Shown here: piece after piece, positions 43,021-55,820 of the stretch
How the letters are laid out: every line of letters starts with the position of its first letter
Numbering within the stretch: position 1 is the first letter of the stretch
Origin: an uncultured Arcobacter sp.
GTDB taxonomy: Bacteria > Campylobacterota > Campylobacteria > Campylobacterales > Arcobacteraceae
Direction: 5' to 3'
Assembly: GCA_965140705.1 (NCBI GenBank)
Contig: OZ223300.1
Span: forward strand, 512,001-576,000
Length of the DNA: 64,000 nucleotides
The notes under the pieces: generated by a model
Seen by the model: the letters and a program-made list of their open reading frames with translations, nothing else
Databases searched by the model: none
What the model was told of the DNA's origin: nothing
Made by a program: the position numbers and the translations under genes

Positions 43021-43104
43021 ATTTTTCCTTCGTATAACCATTATTTATAAAATGCAGTGATTATATCGAAGATTGGCTTAAATAACTTTAATTTTAAATT
43101 TTAC

Positions 43105-43938
43105 TTAGTATGATTCTACTTGGTTTACAACTTTTTGAATAACCCAATCAGGAGTGGAAGCACCGGCTGTTATACCGCATAATTTTTTGTTTTTGAACCA
43201 TTGTGGGTCTAATTCTCTTTCATCTTCTAAGAGATAACTATCCACACAATTTTCTTTAGAGATATTTAGTAGCTGTTTTGTATTTGAAGAGTTTTTCCCA
43301 CCAATTACAATCATAATATCTACTTCTTTTGATAACTCTCTTGCCGCATCTTGATTTTCAAATGTTGCATCACAAATTGTATTAAATACTCGAACTTCTT
43401 TATTTTTTGGAATTAAAGTATTTACTATTTCTAGATATTTTTCTTTCTTTTTTGTTGTTTGTGCAATTGTTGCGATTTTTGAGTACTTAAAATTTATATT
43501 ATTTAAATCTTCTGGTTCTAGTATTACAAAAACATCATCTTGATCTTTTGCATAAGATTGTACTCCTAAAACTTCTGGATGGTCTTTATCCCCAAAAATA
43601 ACAATAGAGTACTCTTCTGCTGACATTTTTTTTACTATTTGTTGAGGAGTTGTAACAAATGGACAAGTTGCATTTATAACTTTTGCATTTTTAGCTTTTA
43701 GATTTTTTAAATCAAACTTTGGAATACCATGTGTTCTAATAATAATAGTATCATTATCTTTTACTTCATCTAAACTATTGTAAAGTCCTACATTATAGTC
43801 ATTTTTTAATCTATCTATTTCATTTGTATTATGAATCAAAGGGCCCATTGTAGCTGAATTTTTATAATCCTCAGCTATTTTAATAGCTCTTTTTACACCA
43901 AAACAAAATCCATAAGATGATGCTAATTTTACTTTCAT
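43105..43938 (-). CDS. ispH: 4-hydroxy-3-methylbut-2-enyl diphosphate reductase
   Basis: GFCFGVKRA, ATCPFV, TICDAT, SSNT, TAGASTP. Confidence 0.96.
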   Translation of the reverse strand: MKVKLASSYGFCFGVKRAIKIAEDYKNSATMGPLIHNTNEIDRLKNDYNVGLYNSLDEVKDNDTIIIRTHGIPKFDLKNLKAKNAKVINATCPFVTTPQQIVKKMSAEEYSIVIFGDKDHPEVLGVQSYAKDQDDVFVILEPEDLNNINFKYSKIATIAQTTKKKEKYLEIVNTLIPKNKEVRVFNTICDATFENQDAARELSKEVDIMIVIGGKNSSNTKQLLNISKENCVDSYLLEDERELDPQWFKNKKLCGITAGASTPDWVIQKVVNQVESY

Positions 43939-43941
43939 AAG

Positions 43942-45222
43942 TTATTTCCCTAAAGTATCTAGTATCTCTTTAAAGTTTGGAAATGATGTTAAAATACAAT
44001 CTACATCTTCAACTTCCATACCTGAATTTAAACCAGCTATTGCAAAACTCATTGCAATTCTATGGTCACCATGTGAGTTAATAATTGCTTTTTTTAATTT
44101 TCCACCAGTTATTTCATAACCATCTTCAAATTCTGTGTAAGTTACTCCACAAAGTTTTAAGTTATTTACAACTGAACTTATTCTATCACTCTCTTTTACT
44201 CTTAGTTCTTTTGCATTTGATACTTTTGATTTTCCATTTGCCAAACTCATAGCAATGCTTAGTGCTGGGAGTTCATCAATAAGCCATGAAATATTTTCAC
44301 TAACATCTACCCCATTTAACTCATTTGCAGATACTACAATATCTCCCATAGGTTCGTAGATATTCTCTTTTTCGATAAATTCAACTTTTGCACCCATTCT
44401 TTTTAAAACTACATAGGCTTCTGTTCTTGTAGGATTTAATGTGACATTTTTAATTGTTACTTTTGCATTTGGAGTAATAGCAGCTGCAACTGCAAAGAAA
44501 AATGCAGAACTAGGATCTGTAGGAACTGTTATATTTAAAGGCTTTAAAGGTTTAGTTAAAGGATGAATATGGATAAATCCTTCACTATCATTTTCTAATT
44601 TTGCACCCATTCCTTTTAACATTCTCTCCGTATGATCACGTGTAAGTTCATTTTCTTTATATTTTGAAACTCCATTTGCCCTTAGAGCTGCTAAAATCAT
44701 TGCAGATTTTACTTGTGCAGAATCTACAGGTGAATGATAGGTAAATGCTTTTAACTCTTTTACACCTCTTATAAAAAGGGGTGCTTTATTACCATCTTCT
44801 CTACCATCTATTTTAGCTCCAATACTTCTTAAAGGATCAGCAACTCTTTTCATAGGTCTTGAGTGAAGATATTTATCTCCTACAAGAGTAAATGCCCCAT
44901 CAATAGATGCTAAAAAACCGCAAAAAAGTCTCATGGCAGTTCCAGAATTTCCACAATCAAGTACATTGGCAGGTTCGCTTAAAGTACCTTTTGGAGTAAT
45001 TGTAACTGTTGAACCGTCTCTATTAATTTCAGCACCCAATTGCTCTACGATTGAAAGGGTATTTAGAGTATCTTCTGCTGTTAAGAAGTTCTTAATATGT
45101 GATGTTTCATTACTTAAAAGTGAAAACATAGCACATCTATGTGAGATAGACTTATCACTTGCAATATTGTCAATGACAATATTAAATGGTTTTGTTAAAG
45201 CATCTATATTAAAGCTTTGCAT
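43942..45222 (-). CDS. aroA: EPSP synthase
   Basis: [39 protein letters not shown]. Confidence 0.97.
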   Translation of the reverse strand: MQSFNIDALTKPFNIVIDNIASDKSISHRCAMFSLLSNETSHIKNFLTAEDTLNTLSIVEQLGAEINRDGSTVTITPKGTLSEPANVLDCGNSGTAMRLFCGFLASIDGAFTLVGDKYLHSRPMKRVADPLRSIGAKIDGREDGNKAPLFIRGVKELKAFTYHSPVDSAQVKSAMILAALRANGVSKYKENELTRDHTERMLKGMGAKLENDSEGFIHIHPLTKPLKPLNITVPTDPSSAFFFAVAAAITPNAKVTIKNVTLNPTRTEAYVVLKRMGAKVEFIEKENIYEPMGDIVVSANELNGVDVSENISWLIDELPALSIAMSLANGKSKVSNAKELRVKESDRISSVVNNLKLCGVTYTEFEDGYEITGGKLKKAIINSHGDHRIAMSFAIAGLNSGMEVEDVDCILTSFPNFKEILDTLGK

Positions 45223-47541
45223 TTATCTTATTCCTATTCCTAATGCTGAGTTCAATTTTTCTAAAATAGTATTCATTGTTGCATTGATAGTATCTTCTTC
45301 AAGTGTTTTATCAAAACTTTGTAGAACAAATCTTATTGTTAAACTCTCTTTATCTCCTAATTTTTCATCACTATATGTATCTACTAAATTAAATTGTTGG
45401 ATTGTAGCATCTTCAATACTATTAATTACATTTCTTATTCTAGAGTATGAAATATCTTTAGGAACAATTAAGCTTAAGTCTCTTTTTGAAGCTTGAAATT
45501 TTGAATATTCATTTGCTTTGATTAAATTATTCTCAACTTTTTCAAAATCTATTTCCGCAATAAAAGTATCAGGTAAGTCATAATCTTTTGCAACATTTGG
45601 ATGAAGTTTTGAAATAAATCCAATTTTTTTATTGTCAACTATTACACTTGCATTTTGATATGGATGAATTAATAAATTATCAATGTCATTCATTGGTTCC
45701 AAATCAAATTTACCAATAGTATTAGCAACTTTTTTTGCAAAACCAAAAAATTCTATACTTGCTGGTTTCCCATTATTTGTAAATGATTCATACTCACTAT
45801 CACCACTAAAGATAAATGAAATTTTTTGTGATTCATTTCTTTGAGTATCAAATACTGTCCCAATTTCAAAAAAAGCAACTTTTTTGAATCCTTGTTTGAA
45901 GTTATTTGAACAAGCTTCAATAAGGTTAATTAACATTGTAGTTCTAAGTGTATTTAATTCATTTACTATAGGATTTAAAACATCTAGTTTCTCATCTACA
46001 GTTTCCAAATTATATTTTTCAAGGATTTCTTTACTTGTAAATACATATGATAGAGTTTCAAAAAAGCCATTTTCTATAGCTTTTGCTCTTATCTTATTTC
46101 TTTTAGTAATTTTATTTGATGTTTCATTTAATCTATTTACTTCTTCGATTTGTAAAGGAGCTGATTCAATATTATCAATACCTACTATTCTTACAATCTC
46201 TTCAGTTATATCAGCAATATTTTTAATATCATGTCTAAATAATGGAACTTGAACAGATAATACACCTGAACCCCCATCTTTAACAATAAATCCTAAGCCA
46301 CTTAATATTTTTTCAATTTTAACTTTTGTAAAAGTTTTTCCAACAATTGAGCTAACTTTTTTAATACTTACATCTATTGAAAGTCTCTCTTTGTCTTCTG
46401 TAAATACTTCATAACCTCTATAAAGTTTTGCTCCAAATTTTGAAATTAAAGTAGTAAAATATTCCATTCCTAATTCAATATTTGGTTCACTTCCTCTTGA
46501 AGTTTTATAATAAACTTCTCCTGTTTTTATTTTTTTATCAAATACATTTTTTGATAATTCCTCAGGATCATTGTATGAAGCTTCTAAGATATAAGTTGTG
46601 TCATCTTTATTTATCTCTTCATTTTTTATACTAATAGTGCTTAGTTTTTCTTTTCCATAAACTTCATCAAATCCATCTTTAGATTTTTTTATATGAAGAA
46701 CAGATAAGTCATTTAAAGTATCGCAATCAGCTTTTGCATAAGCATGCATTGTTACACCAGTAGTATGTGTTGCATAAGATAAAATATTTTCGATATCACA
46801 ATCTTTATACAAATCAATAGTTGCCACTCTTAATTTATATAATATAGGAACTTTCAATTCTGTGAAATCTCCAGCTTTATAAATTAAAGATGATGAAATA
46901 GTACTATCACTTTCTATTTCAAGAAGTTGTCCTATTCCAATATCATTGTATTCTAAGTTTTTTTCTTGTTCACATAAAGTTACGCCATAACAAACACTTA
47001 ATTCTCTTGCAACTCCATGAATACTTAGACAATCACCTCTATTAGCTGTTAATTCTATATCTATAATGTCATCATTGATAAGTCTATATTCGTTTAACTC
47101 TTTTCCAATAACTAATTCACCAATTGAATCATCAAGTTCTAGTATTCCATCATTCAATTTTGGAAGACCAATTTCAGTAGAAGAACAAATCATTCCATTT
47201 GATTCAAGTCCTCTTAGTTTTGCTTTTTTTATTTTAAAATCAGCTCCAAGAACACATCCAACAGTTGCAACTGGTACATATTGACCAGCTGCAACATTTT
47301 TAGCCCCACAAACGATTTGTGTAATTTCATTACCTATGTTTACTTGGCAAACTGATAGTTTATCAGCATCTGGATGTTTTTCTTTTGATTCAACATATCC
47401 AATTACAACACCCGAAGGTATTCTAACTTTTTGTAATGAATCAACTTCTAATCCTATAGAATTTAATTTTTTGCAAATATCATTTATATCAATTTTAGAG
47501 ATGTCTATAAAATCTTCTAACCATCTTTTTGTAACTATCAT
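45223..47541 (-). CDS. pheT: Phenylalanyl-tRNA synthetase beta subunit
   Basis: [23 protein letters not shown]-terminal RDLS anticodon-binding domain. Confidence 0.96.
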   Translation of the reverse strand: MIVTKRWLEDFIDISKIDINDICKKLNSIGLEVDSLQKVRIPSGVVIGYVESKEKHPDADKLSVCQVNIGNEITQIVCGAKNVAAGQYVPVATVGCVLGADFKIKKAKLRGLESNGMICSSTEIGLPKLNDGILELDDSIGELVIGKELNEYRLINDDIIDIELTANRGDCLSIHGVARELSVCYGVTLCEQEKNLEYNDIGIGQLLEIESDSTISSSLIYKAGDFTELKVPILYKLRVATIDLYKDCDIENILSYATHTTGVTMHAYAKADCDTLNDLSVLHIKKSKDGFDEVYGKEKLSTISIKNEEINKDDTTYILEASYNDPEELSKNVFDKKIKTGEVYYKTSRGSEPNIELGMEYFTTLISKFGAKLYRGYEVFTEDKERLSIDVSIKKVSSIVGKTFTKVKIEKILSGLGFIVKDGGSGVLSVQVPLFRHDIKNIADITEEIVRIVGIDNIESAPLQIEEVNRLNETSNKITKRNKIRAKAIENGFFETLSYVFTSKEILEKYNLETVDEKLDVLNPIVNELNTLRTTMLINLIEACSNNFKQGFKKVAFFEIGTVFDTQRNESQKISFIFSGDSEYESFTNNGKPASIEFFGFAKKVANTIGKFDLEPMNDIDNLLIHPYQNASVIVDNKKIGFISKLHPNVAKDYDLPDTFIAEIDFEKVENNLIKANEYSKFQASKRDLSLIVPKDISYSRIRNVINSIEDATIQQFNLVDTYSDEKLGDKESLTIRFVLQSFDKTLEEDTINATMNTILEKLNSALGIGIR

Positions 47542-48530
47542 TTGAACTGTCCTAATAATCTTAAATCACTCTCAAATAGAGATCTTAAATCTCCTATGTT
47601 GTGTATTAACATGGCAACTCTTTCTATACCCATTCCAAAGGCATAACCAGACATATCTTCATATCCAACTGCTTTAAATACATTTTGATCTACTATCCCA
47701 CAACCAAGAATTTCAATCCATCCCGTGTGTGAACAAACACGACAACCATCACCTTTACAAAATACACATGAAATATCAACTTCTGCAGATGGTTCTGTAA
47801 ATGGGAAGAATGAAGGTCTAAATCTAACATCAACATTTCCAAAAATATGTTTTAAAAACTCTTCCATTACATGTTTTAAGTTAGCAAATGAAATTTTATC
47901 AGAATCATCTACTACTAATCCTTCTATTTGATGGAACATAGGAGTGTGTGTAATATCATAATCTCTTCTAAATACAGTTCCTGGTGCTATCATTCTAATA
48001 GGGGGTTTTTGGCTTAACATAGTTCTAATTTGTACAGGAGAAGTGTGCGTTCTTAAAAGTGTATAATCTTTATTGTAAAAAGTATCTTGCATATCTCTTG
48101 CTGGATGATATTTTGGAAGATTTAAAGCTTCAAAGTTATGGAAGTCATCTTCTACTAAAGGCCCTTCTTCAACTGCAAAATTTAAATTTTGAAAATAAGA
48201 GATAATTTTATCCATAGTATCAACAACTGGGTGAACAGCACCACAAGTTAGTTTATTATTGAATCTTGATACATCAATTTTTTCTTCTTCAAGTTTTTTA
48301 TTTAATTCAATTTCTTCTAAAATCTCTTTTTTTGACTCTAAGGCATTTGTTATTTCAATCTTTTTAGTATTTAAATTTTGTGCAAATGCTTTTTTCTCTT
48401 CATTTGGAATATCTTTTAATCTTGCAAACTCTTTTGTTAAAAAACCTTTTTTACCAAGTATTTCAATTCTTAGGTTTTCTAAGGCTTCTATAGAATCAGC
48501 AGATTCAATTTTTTCGATCCACTCTTTCAC
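47538..48530 (-). CDS. pheS: Phenylalanyl-tRNA synthetase alpha subunit
   Basis: [36 protein letters not shown]. Confidence 0.97.
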   Translation of the reverse strand: MKEWIEKIESADSIEALENLRIEILGKKGFLTKEFARLKDIPNEEKKAFAQNLNTKKIEITNALESKKEILEEIELNKKLEEEKIDVSRFNNKLTCGAVHPVVDTMDKIISYFQNLNFAVEEGPLVEDDFHNFEALNLPKYHPARDMQDTFYNKDYTLLRTHTSPVQIRTMLSQKPPIRMIAPGTVFRRDYDITHTPMFHQIEGLVVDDSDKISFANLKHVMEEFLKHIFGNVDVRFRPSFFPFTEPSAEVDISCVFCKGDGCRVCSHTGWIEILGCGIVDQNVFKAVGYEDMSGYAFGMGIERVAMLIHNIGDLRSLFESDLRLLGQFK

Positions 48531-48632
48531 TTATTTCCCCTGTTTTCATTTATATAAAAGGTGATTATTGTACTTAAGTTTTTATTAGAGTTTGGTTATA
48601 ATAAAAATTAATACTATTAAAAGGAAATACAA

Positions 48633-48977
48633 ATGTGCATTTTTTGTAAAATTGTAAATGGGGAAATTCCAAATAAGACTATTTTAGAAGATGAAAATTT
48701 TTTAGCTTTTGAAGATATAAATCCAGCATCTAAAGTTCATGTTTTAGTTATACCAAAAGAGCATTATACTTCATTTGATGTTGTCCCTCCCAAAGTAATG
48801 GCAGGAATGACTGAATTTATTCAAAAAGTTGCTTCAAAACTAAATTTAAGAGATGAAGGATATAGAATTATTACAAATATCGGTGAACATGGTGGACAAG
48901 TTGTTCATCACTTACATTTTCATGTATTAGGTGGAGAATATGTGGGAAGTTTAGTTGGAGAAAAAACTAAACAATAA
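48633..48977 (+). CDS. HIT-family nucleotide-binding protein
   Basis: CIFCKI and HLHFH histidine triad. Confidence 0.93.
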   Translation: MCIFCKIVNGEIPNKTILEDENFLAFEDINPASKVHVLVIPKEHYTSFDVVPPKVMAGMTEFIQKVASKLNLRDEGYRIITNIGEHGGQVVHHLHFHVLGGEYVGSLVGEKTKQ

Positions 48978-49004
48978 AAAGAGGATTTTCTCTTTTTATT
49001 GTTT
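48969..49004. terminator. Bidirectional terminator between the HIT gene and accA
   Basis: 15-bp stem aaacaataaaaagag/ctctttttattgttt. Confidence 0.7.
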
Positions 49005-49937
49005 TTGAGAGAAGCTACCTAATGACATAAGTTTTTGATATCTTTTTTCATATCTCTCTTCTTGAGACATATTTCTTAACTCTTTTACAGACTCAATAAA
49101 ATAATCACCTAAAGCTCTTATCGCTTCATCTTTTGATCTATGAGCACCTATTAATGGTTCTTTAATTACGTCATCAATTAGATTAAGTTCTTTTAATGAT
49201 TCAGCAGTTATTTTTAAAGAATTTGCAGCAGTTTCAGCTTGTGCTGGATCATTCCATAAAATTGCAGCACAACCCTCAGGAGAAATAACAGCATAAACTG
49301 AATATCTCATCATTGCCAATTTATCAGCAACTGAAATGGCTAATGCACCACCTGAACCACCTTCTCCAATTACAACAGAAATTGTAATAGTATTTAAATC
49401 AGAAAATTCATATAAATTTCTAGCAATAGCCTCAGATTGATTTCTTTCTTCTGCTCCAATTCCTGGATATGCACCCGGAGTGTCTACTAACATAAGAATT
49501 GGTAAATTAAATTTTTCAGCTATTTTTGCAGCTCTTAAAGCTTTTCTATAACCTTCAGGGCTTGGCATACCAAAATTTCTTTTTAGTTTATTTTTAGTAC
49601 CTCTACCTTTTTGTTCACCTATTACTACTACTTTTTCATCACCAATTTTACCTAAGTAACAAATTATCGCATTATCATCATTGAAGTGCCTATCACCATG
49701 AATTTCATAAGCATCAGTTAAAAGACCTCTAATATAATCTAGGGCGTAAGGTCTATCTGGATGACGTGCTAGTTGAAGTTTTTGATAATCAGTTAAATTC
49801 TTAAAAGTTTTTTCAACTTCTTTTTCTAGCTTTTTATCTAATATTTCAACTGCATGTTCATCTGACTTTGATTTTGCTACTAGTATATCTTCTTCAATAG
49901 CTTTTATTTTTTCTTCAAATGTTAAATAAGTTGACAA
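48996..49937 (-). CDS. accA: Acetyl-CoA carboxylase carboxyltransferase alpha subunit
   Basis: [34 protein letters not shown]. Confidence 0.97.
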   Translation of the reverse strand: MSTYLTFEEKIKAIEEDILVAKSKSDEHAVEILDKKLEKEVEKTFKNLTDYQKLQLARHPDRPYALDYIRGLLTDAYEIHGDRHFNDDNAIICYLGKIGDEKVVVIGEQKGRGTKNKLKRNFGMPSPEGYRKALRAAKIAEKFNLPILMLVDTPGAYPGIGAEERNQSEAIARNLYEFSDLNTITISVVIGEGGSGGALAISVADKLAMMRYSVYAVISPEGCAAILWNDPAQAETAANSLKITAESLKELNLIDDVIKEPLIGAHRSKDEAIRALGDYFIESVKELRNMSQEERYEKRYQKLMSLGSFSQKQ

Positions 49938-49977
49938 TTTATTCCTTTATTAAAAAGATTTTATCTCTTAATATAAA

Positions 49978-51237
49978 TTATTTTGTAAATTTTTTAAATA
50001 TTACTGAACCGTTAGTTCCACCAAAACCAAAGTTATTGTTCATAACAGTATCTAGTTGTGCTTTTCTTGCAACGTTTGGAACATAATCCAAGTCACAATC
50101 TTCATCAGGTGTAATCATATTAATTGTTGGAGGAATTATACCTTCATTTAATGATTTAATTGTGAAAATTGCTTCAATCGCTCCAGCAGCCCCTAAACAA
50201 TGTCCAATTTGACCTTTTGTTGAAGTTACAGGAGGACAATTTTCTTTTCCACCAAATAATTCTTTTATAGCTTTAGTTTCATTTGCATCTCCTACAGGAG
50301 TAGAAGTACCATGTGTATTAATATAATCAATTTTTGGATATTCTCCTGTATTTGATTTTACCATTTCAAATGCAGCTCTCATTGCTCTTAATGGACCATC
50401 CATTACAGGAGCTGTGATGTGATTTGCATCAGCACTCTCTCCAAATCCAATTACTTCTGCATAAATTTTAGCACCTCTTGCAAGAGCAGAATCTAAAGAT
50501 TCTACAACTAAAGCTCCAGCTCCTTCACCCATAACAAAACCATCTCTATCTTTATCAAAAGGTCTTGATGCAGTTTGTGGGTCATCATTTCTAGTAGATA
50601 ATGCTTTCATTGCAGCAAATCCACCAATTCCTGCACCACAAATTGCAGCTTCAGCACCTACTACTAAAATATTATCGGCACCACCTAAAACAATTGTTTT
50701 AACAGCATCAGATAGAGCATGAGTTGAAGCAGAACAAGCTGTTACATGAGATAAATTAGGTCCTTTTAGCCCATGTTCAATAGAAATAAACCCACCTAAC
50801 ATATTTACCAATGATGAAGGAATGAAAAAAGGAGATATTCTTCTAGGTCCTTTTGTATCACAAACTACAGAGTTTTTTTCAATTGTTGATAATCCACCAA
50901 TTCCAGAAGCAGAAATTACTCCAAATCTTGGAGAAAGTTTATCACTTACTTTATTGTTTTCATTATTAATAAAACCAGAATCAATCATAGCTTCTTTTGC
51001 AGCTTTAATACCTAATTGGATGAATCTATCAGCTTTTTTTACTTCTTTTTTATCCATAACTGTTGTTGGATCAAAATCTTTTATTTCTCCTGCAAATTTT
51101 ACTGAATATTCACTTGCATCAAAAAGAGTAATATCTCTAATCCCACATTTACCTGCAACTACTGCATCGAATGATTCATTTACATTATGTCCTAAAGAAT
51201 TTATAGTACCTAGACCAGTTATTACAACTCTTTTCAT
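49978..51237 (-). CDS. fabF: Beta-ketoacyl-ACP synthase II
   Basis: TACS, HGTST, GHCLGAAG, NNFGFGG. Confidence 0.95.
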   Translation of the reverse strand: MKRVVITGLGTINSLGHNVNESFDAVVAGKCGIRDITLFDASEYSVKFAGEIKDFDPTTVMDKKEVKKADRFIQLGIKAAKEAMIDSGFINNENNKVSDKLSPRFGVISASGIGGLSTIEKNSVVCDTKGPRRISPFFIPSSLVNMLGGFISIEHGLKGPNLSHVTACSASTHALSDAVKTIVLGGADNILVVGAEAAICGAGIGGFAAMKALSTRNDDPQTASRPFDKDRDGFVMGEGAGALVVESLDSALARGAKIYAEVIGFGESADANHITAPVMDGPLRAMRAAFEMVKSNTGEYPKIDYINTHGTSTPVGDANETKAIKELFGGKENCPPVTSTKGQIGHCLGAAGAIEAIFTIKSLNEGIIPPTINMITPDEDCDLDYVPNVARKAQLDTVMNNNFGFGGTNGSVIFKKFTK

Positions 51238-51370
51238 CTATTTAAGCTCCATTTGTGATTATAATTTAATTATTTAAATTGTTCAATCTTCTTATAAAAA
51301 TTCAAAAATTTAAATAAAGAGTTAAAAGTTAACTCTCTATTTGAGTCAAGAATAATGTCTTATTACTTGA

Positions 51371-51601
51371 TTATTTATTATCTTCGATGTATTTGATAGC
51401 ATCTGAAACAGTTAAGATTTTTTCCGCATCTTCATCAGGTATTTCGATGTCAAATTTTTCTTCTAAAGCCATAACTAGCTCAACAACGTCTAACGAATCT
51501 GCCCCTAAGTCTTCAATGAATTTTGAATCTTCTTTAACTTCAGCTGGATCGCAATCTAATTGCTCAACTACTACTTCTTTCACATCATCTAATAATGCCA
51601 T
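51371..51601 (-). CDS. acpP: Acyl carrier protein
   Basis: [11 protein letters not shown]; start reassigned to ATG 51601 after AAAGGA; TATAAT at 51631-51636. Confidence 0.97.
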   Translation of the reverse strand: MALLDDVKEVVVEQLDCDPAEVKEDSKFIEDLGADSLDVVELVMALEEKFDIEIPDEDAEKILTVSDAIKYIEDNK

Positions 51602-51681
51602 TTTCTTTCCTTTTTTAAAATTGTCCAAGAATTATACCTAAAAGCCTTTAAATATTCTTTTAAATAAATTTTTTTAGCTTT

Positions 51682-52425
51682 TTAAACGTATAAGCCACCA
51701 TTAACTTTTAATATCTCTCCTGTTATATAAGAAGAGTGATCACTCAATAAAAATGCAACCGCATCAGCAATTTCACTCGGCTGTCCAAATCTATTTAGTG
51801 GAATATTTTTTATATATTCTGCTTTTACTTCATCTTTTAATTCATCAGTCATATCTGTTTGAATAAAACCAGGAGTTACAGCATTATATCTAATACTTCT
51901 AGCAGCTGCTTCTTTTGCAAATGATTTTGTCATTGCATTTAATCCACCTTTAGAAGCAGAGTAGTTAGTTTGTCCAGGATTTCCCATCTCTCCAACAATC
52001 GAAGAGATATTTACAATTGAACCAAATCTTTTTTTACCCATTACTTTTAAAGCAGATTTACATCCAATAAATGCTGATGTTAAGTTTGCACTTATAACAT
52101 CATTGAAGTCTTGAACAGACATTCTAAGAGCTAATTTATCTTTTGTAATACCAGCATTGTTAACTAAATATGATAATTCACCATCAGCATCAATAATTGT
52201 ATTAATAGCACTTACAAACTCATCTTCGTTTGTTACATCAGCTTTTATAATTGCAGCTTTTCCACCAGCAGTTTCAATCTCTTCTTGAATTTTAGAAGCA
52301 GCATCTGCTCCACTTCTATAATTAATCCATACTTTAAGTCCATGACTTGCAAGAGTTTTGGCAATTTGAGCACCTATACCTCTGCTAGCACCAGTAACTA
52401 GTACATTTGAACCTGTAAATTTCAT
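51682..52425 (-). CDS. fabG: 3-oxoacyl-ACP reductase
   Basis: TGASRGIG, NNAGIT, YSASK, PGFI. Confidence 0.95.
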   Translation of the reverse strand: MKFTGSNVLVTGASRGIGAQIAKTLASHGLKVWINYRSGADAASKIQEEIETAGGKAAIIKADVTNEDEFVSAINTIIDADGELSYLVNNAGITKDKLALRMSVQDFNDVISANLTSAFIGCKSALKVMGKKRFGSIVNISSIVGEMGNPGQTNYSASKGGLNAMTKSFAKEAAARSIRYNAVTPGFIQTDMTDELKDEVKAEYIKNIPLNRFGQPSEIADAVAFLLSDHSSYITGEILKVNGGLYV

Positions 52426-52575
52426 CTTTATCCTTTTAATTAGTCCCTAATTAAAAGGGACCTCTCTTTTATGACTTCTTTTAACAAGAGAAATAAATTC
52501 TCTTTAAAGAAACAAATCCTAAAGAGAATAACGAGTTATTCTTTATAAATTAGTTTCTTTTAAAATGATATTATA
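52426..52575 (-). promoter_or_regulatory. fabG promoter (-10 TATAAT) and long structured 5' leader
   Basis: TATAAT at 52570-52575; several hairpins, including a 12-bp stem (52432-52458) covering the SD. Confidence 0.55.
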
Positions 52576-52586
52576 TCTATAATTAA

Positions 52587-53336
52587 TTAAACACCTCTTT
52601 TATTATCCCAAACCCTTATATGTAGTCTATCGCAATATTTATATCCTGAGTTAATTGCCATGTTTATAACGCTCTCAGAATGTTTATTTATCTCATAAGC
52701 ACTATCTCCCATTGGCATAAGATAAATTTCACAATTTGGAATTATAGATGAGATTAATTCAATCTCTTCTTTTGCTTTTGTTATAAATTCTTTACTAATA
52801 ACAAATTTCAAATATGACTCTTTTGTATTTGTGATAATCTTTTTTAGAGTCTCTTCGTTGACTCTTTTTTTAAGTGGTTCAAGGGAATTAGAAAGTTTAA
52901 CACTCATAGAAAATATTAACTCTTTTTGATACTCTTTTGTAAAGTCTATATTTAAAGAAGCATTTGTTTCTATTGTTACTTTATAACCATTTGATATGTA
53001 ATATTCCAAAATTTCTTGGAACTCTTCATCTTTCCAATATAATAGGGGTTCACCACCTGTGATCACTATATCTACTTTATATGAAGGTTCTAGTTTTTTA
53101 ACTTGCTTTATTATTTCATCTTTATTCATCTTATGCCATTGGTCTTTAAAAGCAGGATCAACTGCATAAAATGAATCACAAGAACATTTTTTTACACCAC
53201 TTGGAGTCTCATATTCAACTGCAAAGCCTTCACATCTAAAGTTGCATTTACCAAATCTTATAAAAATAGATGGATTCCCAACATATTTACCTTCACCTTG
53301 AATTGTTGGTCCAAATATCTCATTTACTTCAAGCAT
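52587..53336 (-). CDS. queE: 7-carboxy-7-deazaguanine synthase
   Basis: EIFGPTIQGEG, FIRFGKCNFRC, ITGGEP, ETN, RLH. Confidence 0.92.
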   Translation of the reverse strand: MLEVNEIFGPTIQGEGKYVGNPSIFIRFGKCNFRCEGFAVEYETPSGVKKCSCDSFYAVDPAFKDQWHKMNKDEIIKQVKKLEPSYKVDIVITGGEPLLYWKDEEFQEILEYYISNGYKVTIETNASLNIDFTKEYQKELIFSMSVKLSNSLEPLKKRVNEETLKKIITNTKESYLKFVISKEFITKAKEEIELISSIIPNCEIYLMPMGDSAYEINKHSESVINMAINSGYKYCDRLHIRVWDNKRGV

Positions 53337-53868
53337 ATACTGTACTTTTACTTTTTGGAGTCTCTAAAAATTCTACGTGTGATACTTTTATTGGTAGTTC
53401 ATTCATTTTAGTTTGAATGATTTCTAAAAGCCAAGCAGAAAGGTTTTCACTTGTTGGTACAAAATCAACAAGTACATATCCTTCATACAATTCACGAATA
53501 TGTATTGGTTCATCTTTTATGCTATTTAAATCAAAAGTATAAAATCCTTCTTCATGGAAAAACAACTCTTCTTTATTTTTAAAATGAGGTAGTAAAGTTT
53601 CAAATAAGGGATCATTTAAATCTAAAATAAATTTATGATCTAAAGTATCATCTAAAAATTTCTTGAACCAATTTAAATGCTTAAAATCAGTTACCATTCC
53701 ATTTTTTAAACTTGAACTTTCTAAATGTACTATTACTTTTCCTTGATGTCCATGCAGATGTCTACACATCAAACAAGTATCAAGTGAAAAGTCTGGGTTC
53801 AATTCTTGTGACCAAACTCTATGTCCATAACAAAAATCAAACTCTTTTGAAATATTCCATTTCATCAA
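53329..53868 (-). CDS. queD: 6-carboxytetrahydropterin synthase
   Basis: CRHLHGH, GMVTDF, LDH, PTSENL, ETP. Confidence 0.9.
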   Translation of the reverse strand: MMKWNISKEFDFCYGHRVWSQELNPDFSLDTCLMCRHLHGHQGKVIVHLESSSLKNGMVTDFKHLNWFKKFLDDTLDHKFILDLNDPLFETLLPHFKNKEELFFHEEGFYTFDLNSIKDEPIHIRELYEGYVLVDFVPTSENLSAWLLEIIQTKMNELPIKVSHVEFLETPKSKSTVYA

Positions 53869-54536
53869 GAACCTTTATATGGTATTGGATCTTTTGAATT
53901 TGCTTGTTCAAATCCATTTAATCGTAATCTACAAGAATCACAAACTCCACAAGCTTCGTTTTCTTCTTTATAACAAGACCAAGTAAGTTCAAGTGGCACA
54001 TTTAATTCAAGGGCTTTTTTTACAATTTCACTTTTGTGAAGTTTTACTAAAGGAGTTTTAATATTGATATGTGTTGCTTCTTTTGTCCCTTCATTGATTG
54101 CATTTTTAATTTGGTTAATAAATGAATCTGTACAATCGGGATATCCACTACTATCTTCTTCAACAACTCCAATAAACATTGCCTCTGCATTCTCTTTTTC
54201 TGCAATTGCAGCTGCAATTGAAAGAAAAATACCATTTCTAAATGGTACATAAGTAACAGGGACTCCCGGTTTAACTCCATCAATTGGAACATCAATATTG
54301 GCATCAGTTAAAGCACTTGCTCCAATTTGTGTAAAAAATGGAATATCAATTTCATATTTATTTTTAACTTTCAAATTTTCACAAACATCTCTAAATGCTT
54401 TTAATTCTCTTTTCTCAGTTCTTTGTCCATAGTTAAAATGAACAGCAATTATTTCATATCCTTCATTTTTAGCAATATATGAAGCAAGAGTGGAATCCAT
54501 TCCTCCACTTAAAATACAAATAGCTTTTTTACTCAT
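53865..54536 (-). CDS. queC: 7-cyano-7-deazaguanine synthase
   Basis: SGGMDS, YVPFRN, GYPDC, TWSCY, CGVCDSC. Confidence 0.96.
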   Translation of the reverse strand: MSKKAICILSGGMDSTLASYIAKNEGYEIIAVHFNYGQRTEKRELKAFRDVCENLKVKNKYEIDIPFFTQIGASALTDANIDVPIDGVKPGVPVTYVPFRNGIFLSIAAAIAEKENAEAMFIGVVEEDSSGYPDCTDSFINQIKNAINEGTKEATHINIKTPLVKLHKSEIVKKALELNVPLELTWSCYKEENEACGVCDSCRLRLNGFEQANSKDPIPYKGS

Positions 54537-55749
54537 AAGTTATATAGTCCTTTTTCTCATCGCAAAAGAATTTCCAATTTATTGGAATAACTTTTACTTC
54601 TTGATTTTCATTTAATTTTGATACATTTTCATCTATAGCAATAAATGAATTACATTGGCATAAAACAGATACCATTCCTGGGCTTTTTTTATCAGAAGGA
54701 GTGAATCTTTCTCCATCAAAAAAACCTGCTAGAAGGGTAAGTCTTCCTTTTTTATTTAATAGTGTTTGGTCAAGTTTTGCTTTTATAAAGTTATGATAAA
54801 AATCTTTAGAACCAATCATTTTTTGAATGATTATTTGACCTAACATCTCAAAAACCATAGCTGAAGCTAGAGGGTTCCCTGGAAGATTTAAGATAAAAGT
54901 ATCTTTTATTTTACCAAAGATTGTTGGCTTTCCTGGTTTTACATTTACTCCATCAAATAAAGTTTCTAGACCAACTTGTGTAAATGATTCCCTTGTAAAA
55001 TCTGCTTCACCAACTGATACTCCACCAGATGTTATTATTAAGTCTGCATCTAAAGAGTTAAGAATATGCTCTTTTATTGATTCAATTGAATCTTTTGCTT
55101 GTCCTATAAAACTAACATCACAGCCTAACTCTTTAGCTCTTGCTATAAAAGTTGGAGTATTAGAGTTATAAATTTGGTAATCTTTAACTCCTTCATAGTG
55201 TAGTTTTAATTCTTCACCTGAAGCAAAAACTACTACTTTTGGTTTTTTATAAACTTTTACATGGGAAATACCTTGCGATGCAAGAAGAGTAATTTTTGAG
55301 AAATTTAATTCTTCCCCTTTTTTAACTAGAACTTCATCCTTTTGAATATCTTCACCAATAAATCTAATATGTTGCATTTTTTTAATATCAGAGGTGATTT
55401 TAATCTTATCTCCAATAGTTTGTGTATTTTCTTGTGGAACAACAGCTTCACAGTTTTTGGGAACCCTTGCACCTGTCATTACTTTTATTGTAGTTCCTGC
55501 TTTTAGGATATCTTGATTATTATCACCTGCAAATATTTTATTTGTAAGAGTTAATTCTTTATCTTTATCTTCAAAAAGTATTGCATATCCATCCATTGCA
55601 GAGTTGTTAAATTTTGGTAAAGAGATTGTTGCCTTTAAATCTTCGGCACATATTCTTGATGTCGCATTTTCAATTGGAACTATTTCAAATTTACTTATTT
55701 GGATAGAATTTACAATTATATTTAAAGCTTCTTTAATTGACACACTCAT
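54529..55749 (-). CDS. moeA: Molybdopterin molybdenumtransferase
   Basis: [29 protein letters not shown]. Confidence 0.95.
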   Translation of the reverse strand: MSVSIKEALNIIVNSIQISKFEIVPIENATSRICAEDLKATISLPKFNNSAMDGYAILFEDKDKELTLTNKIFAGDNNQDILKAGTTIKVMTGARVPKNCEAVVPQENTQTIGDKIKITSDIKKMQHIRFIGEDIQKDEVLVKKGEELNFSKITLLASQGISHVKVYKKPKVVVFASGEELKLHYEGVKDYQIYNSNTPTFIARAKELGCDVSFIGQAKDSIESIKEHILNSLDADLIITSGGVSVGEADFTRESFTQVGLETLFDGVNVKPGKPTIFGKIKDTFILNLPGNPLASAMVFEMLGQIIIQKMIGSKDFYHNFIKAKLDQTLLNKKGRLTLLAGFFDGERFTPSDKKSPGMVSVLCQCNSFIAIDENVSKLNENQEVKVIPINWKFFCDEKKDYITYE

Positions 55750-55820
55750 ATAAAATCCTTTTACTTCAACCTATGCTTAAGTTTGATATAATAGCAAAAT
55801 TTCTTAAAAGTGAGATAAAC

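Noticed and set aside
51312..51370. Two imperfect hairpins between acpP and fabF
   Set aside because: Most simply a partial terminator or stabiliser for the abundant acpP mRNA.
52587..54536. queCDE cluster as a possible 7-deazaguanine DNA-modification (dpd) system or preQ1 riboswitch locus
   Set aside because: No DpdA/TGT-like or helicase genes nearby, and queC overlaps moeA leaving no leader; ordinary queuosine precursor synthesis.
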